A DNA stretch of 64,000 bases. Origin: a bacterium (GTDB lineage Bacteria; Electryoneota; JAOADG01). Shown here piece after piece: positions 29,201 to 38,892 of this stretch. Positions within the stretch are counted from its first letter, which is position 1. Each line of letters starts with the position of its first letter. The translations under genes and the position numbers were made by a program. The DNA is taken from positions 3,008,001 to 3,072,000 of the forward strand of contig OY820579.1 in assembly GCA_963681965.1 (NCBI GenBank). The letters run 5' to 3'. The notes beneath the pieces were generated by a model, which saw only the letters and a program-made list of their open reading frames with translations, was not told where the DNA came from and did no database searches.

Positions 29201-29297
29201 GTAATCGCGAATATCCGATTACACCTAGTACAATAAGTGCTAGTACGCACATTGTGACAAACACGGGATATCGTATCGAGACATCAGCTAGTTTCAT
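26220..29297 (-). CDS. RND efflux permease (AcrB/AcrD/AcrF family)
   Basis: LPVELFPDI, GLLIDDAIVVRENI, GLVTKNSILLVDF, RLRPILMTT. Confidence 0.96.
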   Translation of the reverse strand: MKLADVSIRYPVFVTMCVLALIVLGVIGYSRLPVELFPDISMPIVSVMVPYPGASPEDVENQVTKPIEEALAVLQGVKKIRSTSTEGVSIVVVEFELELSAKEQAAEVREKVENIRKNLPMDILQPQYEKFDPADQPIVTYGITSNDPNVTLGDLRYIVEKKLKPFLERIDGVAAISLVGGEEREIAISVSRDRLSTYGISINDVTNAIRSANIELPGGRVTNGAQEFLLKTNATVKRSSEFDSIVVKEVRDYPIRLRDVATVRDTSKEVRQISRSNGKPSVTIDIRKQSGANTVAVAKRIREAMETLTKDFPQLHADLAIDDSDFIRNSRDDVVAALLEGIILASLVVMLFFRDLRGTIITVAGLPVCLVGTFFFVYIFGYTINLITLMALSLSIGLLIDDAIVVRENIFRWMEKGLSPWKAAREATSEVALAVLATTTTVVSVFLPIAFTSGISGKFFRQFGVTITVAVLISLIEAFTLAPMLSAYFFKKIESGKSGASALGNKIGNLLSSLDDNYQGMLRWALSHRLIVVLIAIVTLISSVYVVSVVGVAGDARGDRGQYSIVMEASQDISLAEMNRRVQKVEEIVRKHPETASYYTTVGTQDGSANQASILVNANHIGISKRIREEIRPIVQAVPGLRVSAEEATGIRNKSATITQRPIQINVQGPDVSVLKKISSDLEQRIKLVSGIVDLDNSLRSGKPEFQYHMKRENLARFGVTAAEIGAMIRTIVDGSKATAFRDGEDEIDVYVRFNRADRSDPEKLLTYGYPLRDGRVIPLSEFVELVRTVGPSQINRQDRTRQAIINSNIEKRSLGDVFSDIKAKIADYKLPPGYTLKYEGQVSQNKESFGTLYLALALAILFVYMVLASQFNSFLHPFTIMLALPFAVIGGFFGLLFAHRPFDMLAFIGLIMLMGLVTKNSILLVDFTNRIRRTGKSIHEALLIAGPIRLRPILMTTLAMIFGMIPTALGWGPSAEFRVALGVVVIGGLISSTLLTLIIVPVAYDVLETIKRKFGFKESFQSEE

Positions 29298-30193
29298 GGC
29301 TGAGTACTCCCCGCCACGACAACTGTATCGCCATTATTAAGAAAATCTGCGCCACTACTGATCAGCGTATCGGCACTTGTGATTCCCGATCGAATTTCAA
29401 CGAGATCGCCCTCGCGAATACCGATCTCAACCGGTACTCTTCGAAATGCTGGAGCGCGATAGATCGCTGCAGTTGCTTTACCATTGTTCTCTTGGATTGC
29501 CGACCCCGGAACAAAAAGTGTCTCGTGTTGTTTATCGAGTAACCGGACTTTCAAAAACATGCCGGGCTTTATCCGTGAATCGACCAATCCGATTTCCACC
29601 GTCGTTGCCCGAGATTGTTCATTGGTAGTAGGATATATTTTCTTTACTAACCCCTTTATAACAGCGCCCGGAAACGCTTCGCATGAAAGCTCAGCAGTCA
29701 TACCTGTGCGTACTCGTCCGATGTCCTGTTGAGCAACCGGGACTTTAACGATAATCTCCGATATATCATCGATTGCGTAAATCGGCGTTTGGGAAGTAAT
29801 CGATGTTCCGTTATCGACAAATTTCTTCGAAATCACACCATTGGCAGGGCAGACCAGATCGGTCACAGAAAATTCTTGTGGCTGCAAATTCCGATCGATC
29901 TTTGCCAGCAGATCTCCCTTCTTTACAATCGAACCTACTGATACTTTCTGATCTAGAATTTTACCGCTTAAAGTTGAAGTGACAGTCACACTGCTGCTGG
30001 AAGCAGCATCTCCCCAAGTCTCGATTGCATCCGTTATGCTTTTGGAAATCGGCAGTGCGATCTCCACATGAGCTTTAACAACGACATTCGATTTTGAACG
30101 CAGAGCGGCTTTTTCTTGTACAGTCGATCGAACACGCCAAATTAGCAGCAGTACTATCAAGATGATGACAACCCATATAATCGCATTTTTCAT
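29294..30193 (-). CDS. RND periplasmic adaptor (membrane fusion protein)
   Basis: N-terminal TM, lipoyl-like V..G..VKKGDLL, PGMF, VPGSAI; ATGA overlaps with neighbours. Confidence 0.9.
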   Translation of the reverse strand: MKNAIIWVVIILIVLLLIWRVRSTVQEKAALRSKSNVVVKAHVEIALPISKSITDAIETWGDAASSSSVTVTSTLSGKILDQKVSVGSIVKKGDLLAKIDRNLQPQEFSVTDLVCPANGVISKKFVDNGTSITSQTPIYAIDDISEIIVKVPVAQQDIGRVRTGMTAELSCEAFPGAVIKGLVKKIYPTTNEQSRATTVEIGLVDSRIKPGMFLKVRLLDKQHETLFVPGSAIQENNGKATAAIYRAPAFRRVPVEIGIREGDLVEIRSGITSADTLISSGADFLNNGDTVVVAGSTQP

Positions 30194-31503
30194 TTCTCAA
30201 TCCTCTCCTGCAATTCAAATCGAAGTTCTCCGGTCGCTTTTTTTACACTAGCCAATGCTATTGTCCAATCATATAGCGCTTGTTCCCGACTCATGCGGGC
30301 AGTTGAAAGTGCTAACTCGGCATCGGCAACATCACGCGATGATGTTTGACCGCCGACAAATTCGTTTCGAGCCAATTGATAGGCTTCTTCTGCTTGTGTA
30401 ACGTAACGATCTTGTAGCCGCAATCGGCGCTCGGCATCGTCTAACGCGATCAATGCAAGTTTCATTTCGTTCGAAACAATCCGTTCAATATCAGAAGCTT
30501 GCCAATCGACTTGTTTTAACTGACTCTTCGATTGTTGCACTCTTGCTCGTGTCTGATGTCCATCGAATATTGGATAATTCAACTGTATTCCAATCGTCCA
30601 ATTCTGTTTTAAATCATTCGGATGAAACATATCCTGACCATTCGCCCAAATTAAATTCGCTGTCCCGTTGACCATGGGATAATACCCAACCTTGGATAGT
30701 TTGATACCGATTTCGGTTAGCGATTTCATTTGCTTCAACTGAGTGAATTCTATCCGCTTCTGAATAGCAACAGACATTAATGAATCGAGGGAATAATCTG
30801 TCAACCGATACTGAAGCGAATCAGACGGTTCATCGCTGTCATTGATCGATCGTCCAGTGAGATATGAAAGCATCCGAATCGCACGACTACGATTGGCTTT
30901 TGCCGATTCCCAATTCGTTAAAAATTGATCGGCTTGGACTTGTGCACGCAATAAATCGAATTTTGAGATTTGACCTGCTTCAAAGCGTTTTTGCGCAAGA
31001 TTGGCATTGTCAAACGACGATTCCTTCGACTTTCGCGCAACTCCCTCTACTTTTCGAGATAATACCCAATTCCAATAACTAGTCGTTACAGAATAAGCGA
31101 GATCCTGTTCAATTTTATCGCGATCGGAAGTACTTCGTGTTCGATTGATCCGTTGAAGTTCGATCGTGTTGCTCACGCGCTTTCCATCGAAGATTAGTTG
31201 AGACGCTTGAAAACCGAACCGATAGGAATTATCCGGTGAGAATTTAATAATCTGGTTGCCGAATTTTGCTTCGGTAATTACACCGTTATGCGTAACAATG
31301 CCATTTGCAGAAAGTGAAGGTAAGATTTGTCCACTGATTTCGTCTATCTTTGAATCCAATTCATTCGATTTCTCGATCAAAACCGATCGCTGAGCGTTGT
31401 ATTGCAGCGCATCGCGATAGCAATCGGAAAGCGACAAATTACTTGCAAATACCGATAATGGGAGTAAACAAAGAATTAATTGCACCAATCTGATGTGGGT
31501 CAT
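30190..31503 (-). CDS. TolC-family outer membrane efflux protein
   Basis: LPSLSA..., RFEAGQISKFDLLRAQ, YYPMV, PIFDG; start 31503 overlaps the marR stop. Confidence 0.92.
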   Translation of the reverse strand: MTHIRLVQLILCLLPLSVFASNLSLSDCYRDALQYNAQRSVLIEKSNELDSKIDEISGQILPSLSANGIVTHNGVITEAKFGNQIIKFSPDNSYRFGFQASQLIFDGKRVSNTIELQRINRTRSTSDRDKIEQDLAYSVTTSYWNWVLSRKVEGVARKSKESSFDNANLAQKRFEAGQISKFDLLRAQVQADQFLTNWESAKANRSRAIRMLSYLTGRSINDSDEPSDSLQYRLTDYSLDSLMSVAIQKRIEFTQLKQMKSLTEIGIKLSKVGYYPMVNGTANLIWANGQDMFHPNDLKQNWTIGIQLNYPIFDGHQTRARVQQSKSQLKQVDWQASDIERIVSNEMKLALIALDDAERRLRLQDRYVTQAEEAYQLARNEFVGGQTSSRDVADAELALSTARMSREQALYDWTIALASVKKATGELRFELQERIEK

Positions 31504-31958
31504 TGTTGTTGCTCCCATCGGTGCAATATTTGAGCAATTTTCGATAGATTGATTACTGATTGTTCAAACGTTTTTTGTTGACGAGGTGTCAAGCGATTTA
31601 AAAAATCGGTAAAACTAGAGATCATCATCTTGCGATGGCGATTCAAAAAGGAATGTCCTCGAGCCGAAAGCTTTAACTTCGTTTCTCGACGGTCTTCCGG
31701 ATTGATTTCACGTAAGATCCAACCCGATTTCACCAGTTTTTCGATCAATTCAGACGCTGCCGGAGACTTAATCTTCAGAGACTTCGCAACCTCTTTAAGA
31801 GTCCAAAATGGTTGCGTCGACATAACTGCAAGCGCTTGAAATTGCTGTACCGATAAATCGGGGGAATGCATCGCCTTCGATCCCATTCGGTGGAAAGTTT
31901 TCATCGTATCGTGAAAAATCATTACCAATCGTTCGGCTCGATCGTCATTACCAGCCAT
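31500..31958 (-). CDS. MarR family transcriptional regulator
   Basis: LSVQQF..L, wHTH, L.K.GWI.R..NPEDRR; heads the efflux operon. Confidence 0.92.
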   Translation of the reverse strand: MAGNDDRAERLVMIFHDTMKTFHRMGSKAMHSPDLSVQQFQALAVMSTQPFWTLKEVAKSLKIKSPAASELIEKLVKSGWILREINPEDRRETKLKLSARGHSFLNRHRKMMISSFTDFLNRLTPRQQKTFEQSVINLSKIAQILHRWEQQQ

Positions 31959-32010
31959 CGCTAACTCCGATATTTGATTGAGTATTTTTCGATTATGTAT
32001 AATATAATAC

Positions 32011-32047
32011 GTCGGTAACCGAACTAATAATAGGTCGGTAACCGAAC
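32011..32047. promoter_or_regulatory. Tandem palindromic operator upstream of marR
   Basis: Exact 14-bp direct repeat GTCGGTAACCGAAC at 32011 and 32034, each containing the palindrome TCGGT-A-ACCGA. Confidence 0.75.
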
Positions 32048-32280
32048 AATTCGGAGATCGAACACTAAATAAGCCGAATAAATGTATTATCTCAGTGCGG
32101 ATTTATCTTTTTACGAATCAATGAATAACGGCTTTGTGTTTGATCAGATTTGACTAAATATCAGAAATATTCAGTTATTCAAATACAGCGGTTCAGCGGA
32201 GTAATCACGTATCCTTAAGAGATATCACATTAGTGATAGATATTTTAAAAAAGTTTACTCGGAGAGGACGGGTTGACAAC

Positions 32281-32307
32281 AAAAAAGGCGGGTAATCCCG
32301 CCTCTTT
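32281..32307 (-). terminator. Intrinsic terminator after pgk
   Basis: AGGCGGG-TAAT-CCCGCCT with an A-run on plus (U-run on minus). Confidence 0.75.
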
Positions 32308-32326
32308 TCGGATACGTAATAACAGA

Positions 32327-33517
32327 TTATGCGTCGTCCAATGCTACAACTCCAGGTAGTTGTCGCCCTTCCATCAGTTCAAGTGAAGCGCCACCACCGG
32401 TTGAAACATGGCTGAAGCCTTCCGCCAACCCCATTTCCTGAACTGCTGCAGCGCTATCGCCACCGCCAATTACTGAAATTGCACCATCTTTGGTTCGTTC
32501 GACGATTGCTTCCGCTATTGCCCGGGTACCGTTGGCAAACGACGGCATTTCAAAGACACCTAATGGTCCATTCCAAAATATCGTTTGAGCGTCTTGAATG
32601 ATTTTTGTGTATTCATCGATCGTAAGCGGACCGATGTCGACGCCCATCCACTTCCCATCGAATTCGTCAGTCTTCATAATTCGCGAAGGTGCTTCATTCT
32701 TGAATTCTTCTATACTGATGTGATCGGATGGTAAATGAAGTTGTGTGATAGAATCGGAACACTTCGCAAGAATAGAATTTGCCAACTCAATTTTATCCTC
32801 TTCTACCAAGGATTTACCCGTCGGTCGACCTTGTGCCCGATAAAAAGTAAATGCCATACCGCCACCGATTAGCAACGCATCGAACTTACCAATCAAGTTT
32901 GTTATGACATCGATTTTACCGGATACTTTCGCTCCCCCAAGGATACCGATCAGCGGTCGTTTCGGGTTTTGTAATAATCCCACTAAATAATGGAGTTCAC
33001 TTTCCATCAGGAAGCCACCGACGCTCGGATGGAGAATATGGGTTACGCCTTCAGTAGAGGCGTGCGCACGATGCGCTGAACCGAAGGCATCATTCACATA
33101 CATTTCCCCCGCCTTCGCTAATTCTTGAGCAAATGCCGGATCGTTCTTTTCTTCTTCTGGATAAAACCGGACATTCTCTAGTAACAGTACTTCACCATTT
33201 TTTAATGCCATCGCCTTCGATAGGACTTCGCCGCCAATGCAATCATTGATAAACTGGACCGGTTGCCCGAGTAACTCAGTAAGTCGATCGGCAATCGGTT
33301 TTAGCGATGATTTTGGATCCGGTCCCTTCGGACGTCCGAGATGGGACATTAAAATCACTCTTGCACCGTGTTCAATTAAATATTTGATCGTCGGGAGCGA
33401 TTCGACAATTCTGCGATCGTCGGTGATATGTCCGTCACTCATCGGTACGTTGAAATCGCAGCGCACCAATACCCGTTTGCCAGATGGGTTAATATCCTTA
33501 ACAGTTTTCTTTTTCAT
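32327..33517 (-). CDS. pgk: Phosphoglycerate kinase
   Basis: [50 protein letters not shown]; start 33517 behind GAGGA. Confidence 0.98.
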   Translation of the reverse strand: MKKKTVKDINPSGKRVLVRCDFNVPMSDGHITDDRRIVESLPTIKYLIEHGARVILMSHLGRPKGPDPKSSLKPIADRLTELLGQPVQFINDCIGGEVLSKAMALKNGEVLLLENVRFYPEEEKNDPAFAQELAKAGEMYVNDAFGSAHRAHASTEGVTHILHPSVGGFLMESELHYLVGLLQNPKRPLIGILGGAKVSGKIDVITNLIGKFDALLIGGGMAFTFYRAQGRPTGKSLVEEDKIELANSILAKCSDSITQLHLPSDHISIEEFKNEAPSRIMKTDEFDGKWMGVDIGPLTIDEYTKIIQDAQTIFWNGPLGVFEMPSFANGTRAIAEAIVERTKDGAISVIGGGDSAAAVQEMGLAEGFSHVSTGGGASLELMEGRQLPGVVALDDA

Positions 33518-33644
33518 AAGTTCCTCACATTGTTCCATAATTCGAAATTCGATATAAAAAAACACAAACGGCGAACGTTACCGCCCGCCGTTTATGATCG
33601 AAGAAAAATCTTATAGATGTTTTAGATTCGGGCGATCGCTTACG

Positions 33645-34640
33645 TTACTTCAACAGCATCATCAGGTCGACCACGCGGTTCGAATAACCCCATTCGTTGT
33701 CGTACCAGGATAATACTTTCACGAATCGTTTGTCCATTACTTGCGTGGATAAGCCATCGAAGACTGAAGAATGCTTGTTTCCCACCACATCGGCTGATAC
33801 GATTGGATCGTCGGTATATTCCAGAACACCTTTCATCGGACCTTCGGCAGCCGCTTTCATTGCAGCGTTGATCTCTTCAGCAGTGACGTCCTTGGCAACT
33901 TCGCAAACTAAATCGACTAGTGAACCATCCGGAGTCGGAACGCGAATTGCGATACCGTCGAGTTTCCCTTTCAAATCGGGAATCACTTTTCCGACAGCGC
34001 GTGCGGCACCAGTAGTAGTAGGTATCATGCTGAGTGCTGCTGCACGAGCGCGGCGAAGATCCTTATGGGGTAAATCGAGAACATTCTGATCGTTCGTATA
34101 CGAGTGAATTGTCGTCATCCACCCCTTAACAATACCGAAATTCTCGTGTAGAACTTTTGCAACCGGGGCGAGGCAATTCGTCGTACAGCTCGCATTCGAC
34201 ACAACTTTATGTTCTGGTTTTAACATGTCCTCATTGACGCCCATAACAATCATGGCATCGATCGGATCCTTCGCCGGGACAGTTAACAGAACCTTCTTTG
34301 CACCTGCAGTGATGTGCTTCTGCAGGTCTTCCATTTTGATAAATTTACCAGTCGATTCGATAACTACATCGACTTTGAGCGCCGACCACGGCAGTTGCGC
34401 CGGATCTTTGATTGCCGAAACCGGGTAGTGTTTGTCGCCAATGACAATATCGGTTCCCGAGACGGTCACTGTTTCGGGGAACTTACCATGTACACTGTCA
34501 TATTTCAATAAATGCGCCAATGTCGAAGCATCGGTGATATCGTTGATGGCTACGAATTCGACATCGGAACGGCGATATGCTGCCTTGAATACGAGCCGAC
34601 CGATTCGACCAAATCCATTAATGGCAACACGCAAAGGCAT
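33645..34640 (-). CDS. gap: Type I glyceraldehyde-3-phosphate dehydrogenase
   Basis: INGFGRIGR, SNASCTTNCLAP, WYDNEWGYSNR. Confidence 0.98.
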   Translation of the reverse strand: MPLRVAINGFGRIGRLVFKAAYRRSDVEFVAINDITDASTLAHLLKYDSVHGKFPETVTVSGTDIVIGDKHYPVSAIKDPAQLPWSALKVDVVIESTGKFIKMEDLQKHITAGAKKVLLTVPAKDPIDAMIVMGVNEDMLKPEHKVVSNASCTTNCLAPVAKVLHENFGIVKGWMTTIHSYTNDQNVLDLPHKDLRRARAAALSMIPTTTGAARAVGKVIPDLKGKLDGIAIRVPTPDGSLVDLVCEVAKDVTAEEINAAMKAAAEGPMKGVLEYTDDPIVSADVVGNKHSSVFDGLSTQVMDKRFVKVLSWYDNEWGYSNRVVDLMMLLK

Positions 34641-34908
34641 GTATTCCTCCAAAATTAACGATTATATGGGTGAACGGTGCGCGAATGCGATATCGAAGCG
34701 GCTATATCTATAGCACCTGAAACTTATAGAGGAGTATACTAAAAATAAGTAGTAAATAAAAGATCACAGCGACTTGATATCAATTATTCGCATTTTTGAT
34801 TTTGAAATCGATCATTATATTTCTCGATCAAACCATCATTACTATGTATTCAATCGGAACAATATGATTTATACTCCAATTGAAATCAAATGGTTCCGAT
34901 CCATCTCG

Positions 34909-34943
34909 AAAAAAAAACCGGGAAGCAGTTCTACTTCCCGGTT
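34909..34943 (-). terminator. Intrinsic terminator after pfk
   Basis: A-run, then ACCGGGAAG..CTTCCCGGT. Confidence 0.75.
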
Positions 34944-34962
34944 AAATCGATTAAAGCTGAGA

Positions 34963-36003
34963 TTAAAAGAATAAACTTGCGATCTCGTAAAACATTGGAT
35001 CGACGACTTTATTCTCCAAAACTGCTTCAGCTAATGGAACCAGTATAATGTCTTCCGAACGTAATGCGACCATCATTCCCCGCTCCCCATTGGCAACCGC
35101 ATCAACTGCCGCAATCCCAAATCGAGTAGACAAGATTCGATCGTAAGCAATTGGTATCCCACCGCGTTGAATATGACCTAAGTTGGTATAGCGTGTTTCA
35201 ACACCAGTCTTCGCCTCGATCTGATCGGCAACCCATTGACCGACCCCGCCCAATCGGACGTGTCCGAATGCATCGGTTTTATCCGACATCAGGAAGTTCT
35301 TCGGTTCCGCTTTCGGTACCGCCCCTTCAGCTACGACCACGATTGAAAACGGACGTCGCTGATGACGTTTCTTCAATTTTTCGCAAACCTCATTGATGTC
35401 GAACGGCATCTCGGGGATCAAGATCTCATCGGCACCGCCAGCGATACCTGACATAGTGGCAATCCAGCCGGCATGGCGACCCATCACTTCCACAACCATA
35501 ATTCGGTGATGCGATTCGGCAGTGGTCTGAAGTTTATCAATCGCCTCAGTCACAGTTTCTACCGCAGTATTGAATCCGAATGTATAATCGGTCCCCTTGA
35601 TGTCGTTATCGATTGTCTTGGGAACGCCGATCACTTGAAATCCCCGCTCGTGCATCCATAACGCCACACCGAGCGTATCATCGCCGCCAATCGGGATCAA
35701 TGCATCGATTTCAAATTTCTTCAAATGATACAAGATTCGGTCGAGATCTTCCGGTTTCTTGCGAGGATTCGTTCGTGAAGTGCCTAAAATCGTACCACCG
35801 CGACGAAGAATTCCTCCGACTGACAGCGAAGTCATCGGTTCGATCCAGCCTTCGATCAAACCTTTCCAACCATCGCGAAAACCAAACACTTCAAAGTCAT
35901 GTGTTTGAACCGATCGCCGCACAACCGCTCGAATCACGGCATTCAAACCTGGACAATCGCCACCGCCGGTAAGAATTCCGATTTTTTTCTTGCCTTCGCC
36001 CAT
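34963..36003 (-). CDS. pfkA: 6-phosphofructokinase (group III type, probably PPi-dependent)
   Basis: TGGGDCPGLN, GGTILGTSR, GGDDT, PKTIDND, EVMGRHAG, LGHIQRGG. Confidence 0.93.
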   Translation of the reverse strand: MGEGKKKIGILTGGGDCPGLNAVIRAVVRRSVQTHDFEVFGFRDGWKGLIEGWIEPMTSLSVGGILRRGGTILGTSRTNPRKKPEDLDRILYHLKKFEIDALIPIGGDDTLGVALWMHERGFQVIGVPKTIDNDIKGTDYTFGFNTAVETVTEAIDKLQTTAESHHRIMVVEVMGRHAGWIATMSGIAGGADEILIPEMPFDINEVCEKLKKRHQRRPFSIVVVAEGAVPKAEPKNFLMSDKTDAFGHVRLGGVGQWVADQIEAKTGVETRYTNLGHIQRGGIPIAYDRILSTRFGIAAVDAVANGERGMMVALRSEDIILVPLAEAVLENKVVDPMFYEIASLFF

Positions 36004-36122
36004 GATACTCCCTATTGAAATGTTATTCAAGAATATAGTAAGTGATTAGTTCATTTGCCATGAAGGATAATTCGTTTCGACGACTACCAATCAACCGATG
36101 AAAAGAATCGAAATGAAATCAC

Positions 36123-37421
36123 TCACGTTTTCGGTTTTTTCAAAAATTGCTCGCGTTCACTCGCAGTTCGATCGAAAATTGTACGAAACATCGCTTCAAT
36201 TTCCGGTACGAATTCGCGATTGCGTCGTGACATTGCGATCTTCGCAGTTTCAATCGCCTTTGTTAAACCATGTTCGCGCAACCACTCGGCACCACCCCAC
36301 GAGAACGACGGAACATAGGTTTGCGGAAAGCCAGCGCCGAACAAGTTACATGCAATTCCGGTCACAGTACCGGTATTTAATTGCAGTCCGATCGACGTCT
36401 TAGTATGATCGCCAAGCAGGCATCCAATATGCACTTCTCCGGTTTCGATTCGTTCACCTGCAATCGTGATCGTGATCGGTCCATAGGTATTTTTTAGATC
36501 GGAGTTATTCGTTCCGGCACCAATATTCACCCAACTGCCGATTACACCCGTTCCAAGATATCCATCGTGTTGTTTATTGGAATATCCCATCCACAACGTC
36601 TTCTGTATTTCTCCACCAAGTTTACAGACCGGACCAATACTCGACGGTCCGTAAAGCTTGATACCAGCCCGTAGGGTGCAATTCGAGCCGATCGCGAGCG
36701 GTCCTTTCAAAAATGCATGCCCTTCGATAATTGTTCCTTCGTCAATCCAAATGGGTCCATCCGATGCATCGATTACAATTTGTTTACCAATTTTCACTGA
36801 GGGATGAATAAAAATCTGATCGGGATTTTCTAACCATACCCCGGGTAAATCGCGCTGAATCAAAGGATGCGTGGTACTATTCGATAATCTACGCGCTATG
36901 TCAAGCGCAATTTCAGTTTCCTGACGCACCAAAACATCGAATGGCGTTTGCACCAATTCGAGTTCATTCTCGACTGAAATGACCGGGATACCCAGTTCCA
37001 TCCAATCATCGGTGATCCAACCTTCATTGGTTAACATCGCAAGTAATTTTTCCTGAGCATCGTGTTTCAGTGAAGCTGCCACGACAGTCTGGTCGCCACT
37101 TTCGGACATCACCGCAATCCACTCTTTATCAACCGGAAGCTTTTCTAGTAACGTTGCATCCCAGAGTCTACCATTAATGAACAACGCGATGTCGGTAATT
37201 GCTTCATTTACAACACTACCGGGATGGTAAAGTCGCTGCCACTCCACGAGATGCGGACGTACCCAACGATGCAATTTCCCGGAAAAGTGCGACAGCGCAC
37301 TCTCGCGGAGGATACCGCATCCCGACCTGATTGCCCATACCGGTCGCAAGAGAGCTACTCCCCCTAACCGCCGAACTTTTTCATCTTCCCAAAGAATGAT
37401 GTTGCGGAATTGATTATTCAT
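36123..37421 (-). CDS. GlmU-like putative sugar nucleotidyltransferase with left-handed beta-helix
   Basis: LLRPV..IRSG, FINGR, hexapeptide repeats, SNKQHDGYLG, WVNIGAGTNNSDLKNTY, VPSFSWG. Confidence 0.88.
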   Translation of the reverse strand: MNNQFRNIILWEDEKVRRLGGVALLRPVWAIRSGCGILRESALSHFSGKLHRWVRPHLVEWQRLYHPGSVVNEAITDIALFINGRLWDATLLEKLPVDKEWIAVMSESGDQTVVAASLKHDAQEKLLAMLTNEGWITDDWMELGIPVISVENELELVQTPFDVLVRQETEIALDIARRLSNSTTHPLIQRDLPGVWLENPDQIFIHPSVKIGKQIVIDASDGPIWIDEGTIIEGHAFLKGPLAIGSNCTLRAGIKLYGPSSIGPVCKLGGEIQKTLWMGYSNKQHDGYLGTGVIGSWVNIGAGTNNSDLKNTYGPITITIAGERIETGEVHIGCLLGDHTKTSIGLQLNTGTVTGIACNLFGAGFPQTYVPSFSWGGAEWLREHGLTKAIETAKIAMSRRNREFVPEIEAMFRTIFDRTASEREQFLKKPKT

Positions 37422-37627
37422 AGGTTATATTCCTTCTGTCCCGATCTAAACTCATTTTGTAGACCTGTAAGTGAAAATATACAACATTCTCTCAAGTCAA
37501 ACTTAAGAAAAAATGAGTTTTCCATCTCTAACTACTTGCAAATTTGATAAACGTGCGGTTATACTGTAGTTAACTTGATCTTGGGTGCTCCGGTCTTGTG
37601 AAGAAACGTTCATGAAAGGATGCTCCG

Positions 37628-37942
37628 ATGCAAACATTCATTAAAAAAGATGTAGTCGAGCGAACCGCCAGCAAAGCGAATGTCGATGTCAAAGAAGTCG
37701 CAAAAGTAGTGGAATCGGTTTTTACCGTATTGCGCGAAATTATGATGAATGCCGATCCCGGTGTTCGCATCGAAATTCGTGATTTTGGTGTATTTGAAGT
37801 GAAACAAACGGCGGCAAAACCGAAAGCGCGAAATCCGAAGAAACCGGATCAGGTGATCTATATTCCACCTCGGCGCAAGACGCACTTCAAGCCCGGAAAA
37901 TTGCTGAAGAATGCGTTAAAAGAACCGTTTGCTGTCGCTTAG
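37628..37942 (+). CDS. HU/IHF family DNA-binding protein
   Basis: RIEIRDFGVFEV, ARNPK, FKPGKLLK. Confidence 0.93.
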   Translation: MQTFIKKDVVERTASKANVDVKEVAKVVESVFTVLREIMMNADPGVRIEIRDFGVFEVKQTAAKPKARNPKKPDQVIYIPPRRKTHFKPGKLLKNALKEPFAVA

Positions 37943-37983
37943 TCCGCTCCTCTACTTACCAATTTAGTTTTTTGCGAATCGAA

Positions 37984-38008
37984 ACCGGCTTGAGATATTC
38001 AAGCCGGC
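37984..38008. terminator. Hairpin downstream of the HU/IHF gene (probable terminator)
   Basis: CCGGCTTGA-GATAT-TCAAGCCGG; weak U-tract. Confidence 0.5.
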
Positions 38009-38584
38009 TATCGTTTTCGATTCTCGATAGCTCCACAACCATTCGATAACTGATACTTAGTTGAAATCAGCACAGGTTAATTTTATCTATCTACATTTCT
38101 ATTTTCGCTATTATTTAATTCGATCTACTTTTATCCATATCGGTACTAATTATCAATTAATTAGAGGCAATCGGAAATCCTCAATATGCTTGCCGTAAAA
38201 TGCGCGTTTGACTCTGAACAACGGATATACCCTTTAAATATTCATTTAAGGTAATCGCAAAAGTTATCAAGAATATGAAAAAGAAGTGAGAAAATAAAAA
38301 CGGATTTCGAGAAAACAGTCGAAATCAAGAAAGCAGCTCAAAAACGGGGATTCTATCCTGTAGGAATCTGATTTTCTATTTATCGCAGTCTTAGGAATTT
38401 TTTTTCGAGTATTACTTACGATTCAACGCGACATCCGAAAACTTGTAGAGCTGGTTGTGAAAAGTTGAATTGACATCTGGCGTTTTTTTTAATTCGAAGC
38501 AAAAAGCCATTGGATCTCTTGGTCAGATGACTTTTCTACTTTCTATAAATTTAGCGTTTTCTTGCTTAGCTTTTTAACTGAGAT

Positions 38585-38617
38585 AAAAAAAACAGGAGCA
38601 ATCGCTCCTGTTATTTT
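38585..38617 (-). terminator. Terminator after the duplicated tRNA fragment
   Basis: A-run, AACAGGAGC-AATC-GCTCCTGTT. Confidence 0.7.
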
Positions 38618-38622
38618 GTATC

Positions 38623-38667
38623 TGTGAGCCACCAGGGACTCGAACCCCGAACCGACAGATTAAGAGT
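38623..38667 (-). pseudogene. Duplicated 3' half of tRNA-Lys (att-like repeat or pseudo-tRNA)
   Basis: 45-bp direct repeat of 38756-38800 with one mismatch, running from the anticodon loop to just past the discriminator. Confidence 0.85.
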
Positions 38668-38719
38668 TTTCTTGCACAACTCATAATTGAGCTTTGATCT
38701 CAATTGATCTATCTAAAAC

Positions 38720-38750
38720 GAAAACAGCCACCTATCCGATGGCTGTTTCT
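38720..38750 (-). terminator. Terminator after tRNA-Lys
   Basis: AAACAGCCA..TGGCTGTTT. Confidence 0.7.
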
Positions 38751-38757
38751 GTTTGTG

Positions 38758-38830
38758 TGAGCCGCCAGGGACTCGAACCCCGAACCGACAGATTAAGAGT
38801 CTGCTGCTCTACCAATTGAGCTAGCGGCCC
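38758..38830 (-). tRNA. tRNA-Lys (anticodon CTT)
   Basis: GGGCCGCTAGCTCAATTGGTAGAGCAGCAGACTCTTAATCTGTCGGTTCGGGGTTCGAGTCCCTGGCGGCTCA; cloverleaf; CCA not encoded. Confidence 0.96.
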
Positions 38831-38892
38831 ATTCCTAACGTGTGCACAAATTAACGGTATTGAATCCGAAAGTCAAGTCTCGTCATTTTCCG

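Noticed and set aside
38010-38584. oriC or dif site
   Set aside because: No perfect TTATCCACA boxes or clustered array, no XerD-arm TTATGTTAAAT, and no dnaA nearby
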